DNA of 26,871 nucleotides from a virus (lineage: Duplodnaviria > Caudoviricetes): positions 1 through 26,871 of the IMG/VR virus record IMGVR_UViG_3300032332_001057; one strand, written 5' to 3'. A program made the translations under genes and the position numbers. Below the pieces are notes generated by a model. The model was not told the DNA's origin and did not search any database. It worked only from the letters and a program-made list of their open reading frames with translations. Below, in pieces: positions 15,491-22,910 of the stretch. Position 1 is the first letter of the stretch; each line of letters begins with the position of its first letter.

Positions 15491-15566
15491 TTGCACCCTA
15501 CGCAAACGAAGAGTACAGTGTGTCCGTCGCACATGTCGTGCGACCCAACCGCAGGAGTAGAACACC
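15491..15566 (+). promoter_or_regulatory. Conserved promoter-hairpin-RBS cassette
   Basis: TTGCAC-cctacgcaaacgaagag (17)-TACAGT; hairpin GTCGCAC-atgtc-GTGCGAC; AGGAGTAGAAC. Confidence 0.8.
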
Positions 15567-15569
15567 ATG
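15544..15569 (+). repeat. 26-bp perfect direct repeat, copy 2
   Basis: Identical to 14477-14502. Confidence 0.9.
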
Positions 15570-16232
15570 TCGAACACCACGACCCCCCGCATCGTTACCG
15601 TCAGTTTCGTCCGCACCCGTCATTCAAGCAACCTGCGCGTGTGGGTGGATGGCAAGCGTCAGAAGGACCAGTGGGCGGGTAACAATGACGAGGCACGCGA
15701 CCGCGCGCGCACCTTCGTCGCAAACTTTGCCGCCCGCCACAACTGCTTTGTCTGCGGCGAGACGAAGAAGTGGTCGGATTCTCAACAGACCGTGTTCACC
15801 CTTGTGTTTGTCCTTGCCACCAAGGCAGCCGAGGCCGCCGCCGCGCAGCCCGTCGCCGAGGTCGCGCCCGCCGCGTTCGATCCCGCCGCGCCGAGCGCGA
15901 CCAAGTTCGCCGTTGAAAGCCTTTGCAAGTTCGCCGTCGCCCGCGGCTGCCTGCTCAGCCTCTCGAACAACAGCGAGGGCATCGTGATCGAGCCGACCGA
16001 CGACGTTGCCGCCGTCCTCGCCGCGCTCGCCGAGATCGGCGATGTCTGCATGCTGACCATCAAGCGCCGCAACCCGCAGTCCGCCATGCTGTCGGGCCTC
16101 GACAACGCAGGCGCCGCGTGGGTGCTTCCCAACGACGGCGACGTTTGTCAAACCGACACCGTGTCCGACTACAGCGACGCCCCGCTGATCGAGGAATGGG
16201 CCGAGGCGTTCGACCGCCGCACCTACAACTGA
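15567..16232 (+). CDS. Hypothetical two-domain early protein
   Basis: 221 aa; basic N-domain and acidic C-domain joined by an Ala/Pro linker (AAEAAAAQPVAEVAPAAFDPAAP). Confidence 0.75.
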   Translation: MSNTTTPRIVTVSFVRTRHSSNLRVWVDGKRQKDQWAGNNDEARDRARTFVANFAARHNCFVCGETKKWSDSQQTVFTLVFVLATKAAEAAAAQPVAEVAPAAFDPAAPSATKFAVESLCKFAVARGCLLSLSNNSEGIVIEPTDDVAAVLAALAEIGDVCMLTIKRRNPQSAMLSGLDNAGAAWVLPNDGDVCQTDTVSDYSDAPLIEEWAEAFDRRTYN

Positions 16233-16302
16233 TTCACCCCGAACACGCCGAGCAATGGGCACACGACTCAATGCCCGCTCGGCCAGGGTGCTCACGCGCC
16301 CC

Positions 16303-16336
16303 ACGCAGCCCCGACACGATCGGGGCTGCGTTGCTT
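16303..16336 (+). terminator. Hairpin, probable terminator
   Basis: ACGCAGCCCCGA / TCGGGGCTGCGT 12-bp stem followed by TGCTT (weak U-tract). Confidence 0.55.
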
Positions 16337-16359
16337 CTACACCCCGCACCGCGTACCCT
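16331..16359 (+). promoter_or_regulatory. Putative promoter for the HTH gene
   Basis: TTGCTT-17 bp-TACCCT, 10 bp before ATG 16370. Confidence 0.45.
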
Positions 16360-16369
16360 AGAGGAACAT

Positions 16370-16651
16370 ATGTCCACCACACTCAACTCGCCAGCCGATT
16401 GGAAAGCAGCCGTCACCGCACATCTCGCCGAGCACGGCGTCAGCCGATACGCGTTCGTCCGCGCATGCGCAGCCCACGACCTGTGCGCCGCACACACCGC
16501 CGAATGCCTGCTCGCAGCCCCCGACACCGTCACAGGCCAGCGCATGCCGTCGCTTGAAACCGCCATCGAGATGGCACGCCTCGCAGGTCTCGACCTCGTG
16601 CTCGTGCCCGCCCGAGCGCCGAGCCGAGCACCGACCGAGGTGATCGCGTGA
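16370..16651 (+). CDS. XRE/Cro-like helix-turn-helix protein
   Basis: GAGGA upstream; HLAEHGVSRYAFVRA..PSLETAIEMARLAGLDLVL, an XRE-like C-terminal motif. Confidence 0.65.
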   Translation: MSTTLNSPADWKAAVTAHLAEHGVSRYAFVRACAAHDLCAAHTAECLLAAPDTVTGQRMPSLETAIEMARLAGLDLVLVPARAPSRAPTEVIA

Positions 16652-16914
16652 ACCCGAGCGCAGCCACAAGCACCATCCTCGCGTTTCAAGCCCGCCAGAG
16701 GTCGCTGGAGGCGTCGCTGCTGTCGGAGCGCCGACGGGCCTCCCGAATCGTTCAAGAGGCGCAGGCGGCCTTGGCGGCGGCTCTGACGGAACGCGATGAC
16801 GCGCGACGCACCGCATGCGACGCGATCGTGGCCGCCGACCCCTCGATGACCGTCAACGACGCAGCCGAGGCAAACGGCTGGTTCGGGCTGTACGCTGCGC
16901 CGTCGCTGCCGTAG
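16648..16914 (+). CDS. Hypothetical coiled-coil protein
   Basis: GAGGTG RBS and GTGA overlap; ERDDARRTAC..AEANGW resembles the C-terminus of 8683-8973. Confidence 0.65.
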   Translation: MNPSAATSTILAFQARQRSLEASLLSERRRASRIVQEAQAALAAALTERDDARRTACDAIVAADPSMTVNDAAEANGWFGLYAAPSLP

Positions 16915-16923
16915 ACTGCGCGC

Positions 16924-17385
16924 ATGCCACGCAAGCCGAAGCCGAAGCCGCCGACCACGCAGGCAAAGCGCCCGCGCGGTCGGCCTGTCACGTTCGACCC
17001 CGCCGTCGCAGACGAGATCCTGATCCGCATCGCCGAGGGCGAGTCGCTGCTGTCCGTCTGCCGAGCGCCTGGGATGCCGCCGCATTCGACTGTGTGCGGG
17101 TGGGTTGTTGATGATAGAGAAGGGTTTGCAGACCGCTACGCGCGCGCGCGCCGACTGTGCGCCGAGCGTTGGTCGGCCGAGGTGCTCGCGCTCGCCGACG
17201 AGTCGCCCGCCGTGTCGCCCGACGGGCGCGTTGACTCTGCCGCCGTGCAACACCAGCGCCTGCGCGTCGATGCCCGCAAGTGGTTGCTCTCGAAGATCGT
17301 GCCGAAGGTCTACGGCGACCGCGTCGCCGTCGATCACGCGGGCGGCGTCGCCATCAACGTGACCACGGGCGTGCCTGACGCGTGA
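16924..17385 (+). CDS. terS: Terminase small subunit (Sf6 gp1-like)
   Basis: GRPVTFDPAVADEILIRIAEGESLLSVC..GMP..TV..W..F..RYARAR..RLRVDARKWLLSKIVPKVYGD; directly upstream of terL. Confidence 0.9.
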   Translation: MPRKPKPKPPTTQAKRPRGRPVTFDPAVADEILIRIAEGESLLSVCRAPGMPPHSTVCGWVVDDREGFADRYARARRLCAERWSAEVLALADESPAVSPDGRVDSAAVQHQRLRVDARKWLLSKIVPKVYGDRVAVDHAGGVAINVTTGVPDA

Positions 17386-18719
17386 CGGCTTCGCAGGCAA
17401 TCACGCTCGACTACAGGCCGCGCGAGTGGCAACGCGAATGCCACCGCGCGCGCGCGCGTTTCACCGTGCTCGCGCTGCACCGCCGAGCAGGCAAGACCGA
17501 ACTCGCGCTGATGGAACTGATCGACAAGGCGCTGCGTTGCGCGCTGCCGCTCGGGCTGTTCGTGTACATCGCGCCGTTGCAGCGCCAGGCGAAGGCGATC
17601 GCGTGGGCTCGGCTCAAGCATCGGCTGCGCCCGCTCGAATCGGCTGGGGCCGTCGTGTACAACGAGGCCGACCTGATCGTGACGATGCGGCACAACGGCG
17701 CGACCATCCGCCTGTTCGGCGCCGACAACCCCGACGCGATGCGCGGCGTGCGCCTCGATGGCTGCGTGATCGACGAGGTCGCGCAGATCAAGCCCGAGGT
17801 ATGGCAGGAGATCGTGCAGCCCGCGCTATCCGACCGCAAGGGCTGGGCGATGTTCATCGGCACGCCGAACGGCATCAACCTGTTCAGCGAGTTGTTCCAC
17901 CGAGCAGCCGCGCTGCCCGATTGGCGCGGGGCTCGGTACACCGTGTACGACACGCATGCGCTCGACGCCGACGAGGTCGAGCGCCTCAAGCGCGACATGC
18001 CCGAGGCGGCGTTCGCGCGCGAGTACCTGTGCGACTTCGCGGCTGCGGGCGACGACCAGTTGATCGGGCTCACCGACGCAGAGAACGCGGCACGCCGAGA
18101 ATACACCGAGCGCGACGTGGCCGACGCGCCGCTGATCATGGGCATCGACCCTGCGCGGTTCGGCGGCGACCGCAGCGTGCTGATCATGCGCCGAGGCTTG
18201 CAGGCGTACGCGCCGACCGTGTGGCGCGGGCTCGACAACATGGAAGTGGCTGCGCGCTGCGCGAACCTGATCGAGCAGCATGCGCCCGACGCGGTGTTCG
18301 TGGACGCAGGCGCGGGCGCTGGCGTGATCGACCGCCTGCGGCAACTTGACTACGACGTGGTCGAGGTTCCGTTCGGCGGGCGGCCGATGCTGCCCGAGCA
18401 GTTCGTGAACCGTCGCACCGAGATGTGGTGGCTGATGCGCGAGTGGATCATGTCGGGCGGCGCGATCCCGAACGATGTGGGGCTGAAGACGGAACTGAGC
18501 ACGCCCGTCTACTGGTACGACCCTACGGGCAGGAAGGTGCTCGAGGGCAAGGACGACATCAAGAAGCGGTTGCAAGGCGGCGCGTCGCCCGACATGGCCG
18601 ACGCGTTGGCGCTGACGTTCGCGTACCCCGTGCGGAAGCGCACGGCGATCGAGACGGCGCGCAACACGCGCAAGGCGGAGCGCGACGAGTACGACCCCTA
18701 CGCGAGGGTACGCGAGTGA
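17382..18719 (+). CDS. terL: Terminase large subunit
   Basis: Walker A HRRAGKT, Walker B CVIDE, coupling motif IGTP, nuclease motifs MGIDPA and SPDMADALAL. Confidence 0.95.
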   Translation: MTASQAITLDYRPREWQRECHRARARFTVLALHRRAGKTELALMELIDKALRCALPLGLFVYIAPLQRQAKAIAWARLKHRLRPLESAGAVVYNEADLIVTMRHNGATIRLFGADNPDAMRGVRLDGCVIDEVAQIKPEVWQEIVQPALSDRKGWAMFIGTPNGINLFSELFHRAAALPDWRGARYTVYDTHALDADEVERLKRDMPEAAFAREYLCDFAAAGDDQLIGLTDAENAARREYTERDVADAPLIMGIDPARFGGDRSVLIMRRGLQAYAPTVWRGLDNMEVAARCANLIEQHAPDAVFVDAGAGAGVIDRLRQLDYDVVEVPFGGRPMLPEQFVNRRTEMWWLMREWIMSGGAIPNDVGLKTELSTPVYWYDPTGRKVLEGKDDIKKRLQGGASPDMADALALTFAYPVRKRTAIETARNTRKAERDEYDPYARVRE

Positions 18720-19192
18720 GCATCGTGCGCCGCGCGACGGCTGCCGACGTGCCTGCGGTCGTGCGGATGGGTCGCGCGTTCATCGACTACTTGCCTCATT
18801 CGTCGGCGATCGGTGCGATCGTCGACGACGAGTCGATGTCGGCGCAGGCGCACGCGTGGTTGGCGTCGGATGCGACGGCGCTGTTCGTGGCCGACCGCGA
18901 CGGCGACGTGTGCGCGATGCTGGTCGGCGCGTTGGTCCCGCTGTGGTTCGCGCCTCGGACGGTGATGGCGGCGGAACTAGCGTGGTGGGTCGAGCCGCGT
19001 GCGCGCGGCACGACGGTGGCGGTGCGGCTCGTGCGGGCGTACGAGGAGTGGGCGCGCGCGTCGGGCGCGACGGTCACGACAATGTCGTCGCTTGACGGTT
19101 GCAATGGCGCTGATGTCGCTACGATGCTGTCGCGTCTCGGCTATACGCGCAGCGAGATGACCTACCTCAAGGGAACACCATGCCAGCACTGA
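18716..19192 (+). CDS. GNAT-family acetyltransferase
   Basis: GTGA overlap with terL; MSIVRRATAADVPAV..AELAWWVEPRARG..LVRAYEEWAR..LSRLGY. Confidence 0.8.
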   Translation: MSIVRRATAADVPAVVRMGRAFIDYLPHSSAIGAIVDDESMSAQAHAWLASDATALFVADRDGDVCAMLVGALVPLWFAPRTVMAAELAWWVEPRARGTTVAVRLVRAYEEWARASGATVTTMSSLDGCNGADVATMLSRLGYTRSEMTYLKGTPCQH

Positions 19193-19518
19193 CCACCATA
19201 TTCGCAGGTATCGCAGCAGGCGCAGCCGCAGCAGGCGCTGGCGTTTCGGCGTATCAGGGGCAGAAGGCCTCGACGGCGCAAGGGCACGCGCTGGACCAGC
19301 AGAAGCGCGCGCAGACCGAGGCCGTCGCCGCCGCGAAGTCTCAGCAGCGCGAGAGCGAGCAGGCGACGGCGATGGCGAACAGGCGCGAGCCCGATGTCGC
19401 GTCGATCATGCGCGCCGCCGCGAAGGAAGGCGGCAACAGCGGCACGATGCTGACGGGTCCGACGGGTTCGAGTCCTGCGCAGGCCGCGCTCGGCCGCACA
19501 TCGCTGCTCGGGGGTTGA
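19180..19518 (+). CDS. Small virion-associated protein preceding the portal
   Basis: Gly/Ala-rich N-terminus, Gln-rich coil, C-terminal GTMLTGPTG..LGRTSLLGG typical of pre-portal proteins in this phage type. Confidence 0.7.
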   Translation: MPALTTIFAGIAAGAAAAGAGVSAYQGQKASTAQGHALDQQKRAQTEAVAAAKSQQRESEQATAMANRREPDVASIMRAAAKEGGNSGTMLTGPTGSSPAQAALGRTSLLGG

Positions 19519-19521
19519 CGC

Positions 19522-21240
19522 ATGAGCCAATACACCAGCGACGCACAATCGTACAAGGGCGCGCCTCGGCGCGATCAGTTGTACACGCGCTGGGGTCAAC
19601 TCAAGATCGAGCGCGCGACGTGGTGGGCGCACTATCAGGAACTGACGACGTTCCTGCTTCCCCGCAACGGCCGCTACTTTCGGCAGGACCGCGACAAGGG
19701 TTGGCGCCGCCACAACTCGATCTACGACAACACGGGCACGCGCGCGCTGCGCACGCTCGGCGCGGGCATGATGGCGGGCGCGACGAGCCCCGCGCGCCCG
19801 TGGTTCCGCCTTGCGACGCCCGATCCCGACCTGAACAAGTACCAGCCCGTGAAGGTCTGGCTTGACGACGTGACGAAGCGGATGCTGATGGTGTTCTCGA
19901 AGTCGAACACCTACCGCACGCTGCATCAGATGTACGAGGAACTCGGCTGCTTCGGCACCGCGGCGTCGATCGTGCTGCCCGATTTCAAGAACGTGATCCA
20001 CCACTATCCCGTCACGACAGGCGAGTTCTGCATCGCGCACGACTACCAGGGCCGCGTGTGCACGCTGTACCGCGAGTTCGAGAAGACCGTCGGCGAGATC
20101 GTGAAGGAGTTCGGCTACGAGAACTGCTCGAACACGGTCAAGCACATGTACGACCGCGGCACGCTCGACAAGTGGATCCCGATCATCCATGCGATCGAGC
20201 CGCGCGTTGACCGCGACATCCGCAAGAAGGACTCGAAGAACATGCCGTGGGGCTCGTGGTACTTCGAGGTCGGCGGCGAGCCGCACAAGTTCCTGCGCGA
20301 GTCGGGCTACAGGAACTTCCCGTGCGTCGTCCCTCGGTGGGCCGTTGGCGGCGGCGACATCTACGGGAACAGCCCTGGCATGGAGGCGCTCGGCGACGTG
20401 AAGCAGTTGCAGCACGAGCAACTCCGCAAGGCGCAGGTGATCGACTACCAGACGAAGCCGCCGCTCCAGGTGCCGACCGCGTACAAGAACCGCGACGTGG
20501 ACACGCTGCCTGGCGGCATCACGTTCGTGGACGGCGCGACGGCTCCGATCCGCACGGCGTTCGACGTGAACCTCAACCTTCAGCATCTGCTCATGGACAT
20601 CCAGGACTGCCGCGAGCGCGTGCGCGGCGCTTTCTACGCCGACCTGTTCCTGATGCTGGCGAATGCGACGGACACTCGGATGACGGCGACGGAGGTCGCC
20701 GAGCGCCACGAGGAGAAGTTGCTGATGCTCGGTCCCGTGATCGAGCGGCTCCACAACGAACTGCTTGAGCCGCTCGTTGACATCACGTTCCAGCACATGC
20801 TTGAGGCGGGGATGCTTCCGCCTGCGCCCGAGGAGTTGCAGGGCATGGACCTGTCGATCGAGTTCGTGAGCATGCTCGCGCAGGCGCAGCGTGCGATCGG
20901 CACGAACGGCATCGACCGATTCGTCGGCAGCCTCGGCGCGGTGGCGCAGTTCAAGCCCGACGTGCTCGACAAGTTCGACGCGGACCACTGGGCGGACGCG
21001 TACAGCGACATGCTCGGCGTCGATCCGAGCCTGATCATCGCCGACAAGCAGGTCGCGCTCGTGCGCGACGCGCGCGCGAAGGCGCAGGCGGCGCAGGCGC
21101 AGGCGGCCGCGATGCAACAGAACTCGCAGACGGTGCGCAACCTCGCGCAGGCACCGACGGGCAGCGCGCAGCCGAACGCGCTGTCCGACATGATGAACCA
21201 GTTCTCGGGGTACGGCTCCCCTAGCCCCGTGGAGATTTGA
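19522..21240 (+). CDS. Portal (head-tail connector) protein, T7 gp8/BPP-1-like
   Basis: IYDNTG..LGAGMMAGATSPARPWFRL, FGTA, PRW..YGNSPGM.AL, MTATEVAERHEEKLLMLGPVIERL. Confidence 0.95.
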   Translation: MSQYTSDAQSYKGAPRRDQLYTRWGQLKIERATWWAHYQELTTFLLPRNGRYFRQDRDKGWRRHNSIYDNTGTRALRTLGAGMMAGATSPARPWFRLATPDPDLNKYQPVKVWLDDVTKRMLMVFSKSNTYRTLHQMYEELGCFGTAASIVLPDFKNVIHHYPVTTGEFCIAHDYQGRVCTLYREFEKTVGEIVKEFGYENCSNTVKHMYDRGTLDKWIPIIHAIEPRVDRDIRKKDSKNMPWGSWYFEVGGEPHKFLRESGYRNFPCVVPRWAVGGGDIYGNSPGMEALGDVKQLQHEQLRKAQVIDYQTKPPLQVPTAYKNRDVDTLPGGITFVDGATAPIRTAFDVNLNLQHLLMDIQDCRERVRGAFYADLFLMLANATDTRMTATEVAERHEEKLLMLGPVIERLHNELLEPLVDITFQHMLEAGMLPPAPEELQGMDLSIEFVSMLAQAQRAIGTNGIDRFVGSLGAVAQFKPDVLDKFDADHWADAYSDMLGVDPSLIIADKQVALVRDARAKAQAAQAQAAAMQQNSQTVRNLAQAPTGSAQPNALSDMMNQFSGYGSPSPVEI

Positions 21241-21242
21241 CG

Positions 21243-21665
21243 ATGATCCCCTCGAAGTCACCGATGGCATCCCTGCTCTACGACTCCGACACGGGCGACG
21301 CGTCCGCGGCGAGCGAGTTCATCGCGCGCCTGCTGAACGGCGCGACCGCGATCCACATGCACCACCTGATGGTGACGGGCGCGGGCTCGTTCGCGAGGCA
21401 CATGGCGCTCGGCGTGTACGACGACCTGACCGAGGCGACGGACAAGTTGGCCGAGGCGTACATCGGATGCACGGGCACGCCGCTCGTGTTCAAGGGCGGC
21501 ACGGTGACGATGAACCCCGACTGCGTCGCCGAGGTGAAGGCGCTGTACGAGTACGTCGAGACTGCGCGCGGCGCGATGGGCACCGAGTCCCACATCCAGA
21601 ACGAGGTTGACGGCATCGCCACGATCCTCTCGGGCGCGCTGTACAAGTTGACGAGGCTCTCCTGA
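21243..21665 (+). CDS. Ferritin/Dps-like four-helix protein (DUF5856-like)
   Basis: GGAGA RBS before ATG 21243; IHMHHL..SFARHMALG.YDDL....DKLAEAYIG..HIQNEVD.I....YKL, a metal-ligand-like pattern. Confidence 0.65.
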   Translation: MIPSKSPMASLLYDSDTGDASAASEFIARLLNGATAIHMHHLMVTGAGSFARHMALGVYDDLTEATDKLAEAYIGCTGTPLVFKGGTVTMNPDCVAEVKALYEYVETARGAMGTESHIQNEVDGIATILSGALYKLTRLS

Positions 21666-21916
21666 TGGCTGTTCCCACTGGCATTTCCGTCTCGGACACG
21701 ATCGTGAACTACACCTGGGCCGAGCCCATCACGGTGAACACGGCGTTCGCGGGCGTGAGCCGCGCGATCTACAACGGGACCGCGGCGCAGGACATCACGG
21801 TGCTGATGCAGAACGGCGACTCGGTCCTGTTCAAGGCGGTGCCGATCGGAATCCTTCCCGTGCGGGCGACGAAGGTGACGGTCGCCGCGTCGGGCACTCT
21901 CGTGGCGCTGTACTGA
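21665..21916 (+). CDS. Head spike base protein (RcGTA Rcc01079-like)
   Basis: SRAIYNGT..DITVLMQNGDSVLFKAVPIGILPVRATKV...LVALY matches the family pattern as I recall it. Confidence 0.7.
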   Translation: MAVPTGISVSDTIVNYTWAEPITVNTAFAGVSRAIYNGTAAQDITVLMQNGDSVLFKAVPIGILPVRATKVTVAASGTLVALY

Positions 21917-21926
21917 GGATCAAACG

Positions 21927-22901
21927 ATGGCCGTACCTGCATCACTTTCCCTTTCGTCCTCGATGGTCGATTACGACTTCAGCGAGTTGGCGTCGTCGCC
22001 GAGCGTGACGGTGCCGCTGGCTACGACGATGGCTATCACGCAGTCGGGACACGGCCGTTCCGTCGGCGATCCGATTCGGTTCACGGTGGCGACGGGTTCG
22101 GCGCCCTTGAACCTCGCGAACGCGACGACGTACTTCGTCAAGCGCGTGCTGAGTTCGAGCACCTACACGCTGTCGGCGACGGCTGGCGGGCAGGAGATCG
22201 CGTTTCCGACGGTCGTGTTCAGCATGCTGACGACGGGCGTGATCAACGTGAACTGGCCCTTGCACGGGCGCGCCGTGGACACGGCGATCAGGTTCGTCAG
22301 CACGGGCAACCTTCCTGCGGCGATCACGTCGGGAACGACGTACTACGTCAAGAGCCAATCGACCAACGACATCACGTCGTTGAGCGCATCCACCCCGTCG
22401 TCGGGCGGCGCCGCGCTGTTGTATCCGACCGCCACGGTGACGATCGCGAACCCGTGCGTGGTGACGCGCACCAGCCACGGTCTTGCGTCTGGCGCGACGG
22501 TTCAGTTTGGAACGGGCGGCTCGTTGCCGACGGGTCTTGCCGCGAAGACGACCTACTACGTCGCCAACGTGGTGGATGCAAACACGTTCACGATCTCGGC
22601 GTCGCTTGGCGGCGGCGAGATCATTACAACGGGCACGCAGTCGGGCACGCACTACATCGACACGGGCGCCGTCACGGGAACGTCGTACGTCGATCTTTCG
22701 GTGGCGAGCACGTTCACCGTGAACTCGTACTTCAGCGGCACGGCGCGTTCGCTGTACGTCGGCACCGCTGGCAACATGACTCTCGTGATGCCGAACAACG
22801 ATGTCGTCGCATTCACCGCTGTGCCCGTCGGGATGTTCCCCGTGCGGGCCCGAGCCGTCCTTGTCCACTCCGCGCCGACTACCATCGCCGCAATGTACTG
22901 A
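21927..22901 (+). CDS. Spike-base paralog with three inserted beta-domains (head decoration)
   Basis: N- and C-termini align with 21665-21916; the interior has three HG...IRF/VQF...TTY(Y/F)V repeats resembling E1-FCCH-like phage repeats. Confidence 0.75.
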   Translation: MAVPASLSLSSSMVDYDFSELASSPSVTVPLATTMAITQSGHGRSVGDPIRFTVATGSAPLNLANATTYFVKRVLSSSTYTLSATAGGQEIAFPTVVFSMLTTGVINVNWPLHGRAVDTAIRFVSTGNLPAAITSGTTYYVKSQSTNDITSLSASTPSSGGAALLYPTATVTIANPCVVTRTSHGLASGATVQFGTGGSLPTGLAAKTTYYVANVVDANTFTISASLGGGEIITTGTQSGTHYIDTGAVTGTSYVDLSVASTFTVNSYFSGTARSLYVGTAGNMTLVMPNNDVVAFTAVPVGMFPVRARAVLVHSAPTTIAAMY

Positions 22902-22910
22902 GACACAACC

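Noticed and set aside
13273-15569. CRISPR-like or integron attC-like array suggested by the recurring repeats
   Set aside because: The repeats are ~1 kb apart, coincide with promoters and RBSs, and lack attC-type ends; there is no cas or integron integrase gene.
16236-16331. tRNA-like or ncRNA structure in the intergenic hairpins (GCCGAGC/GCTCGGC, GGGCA/TGCCC)
   Set aside because: No cloverleaf, T-loop or CCA; more simply a 3' UTR stem plus terminator.
17382-21240. Intein or intron in terminase or portal
   Set aside because: Both have ordinary lengths with contiguous motifs and no splicing signatures.
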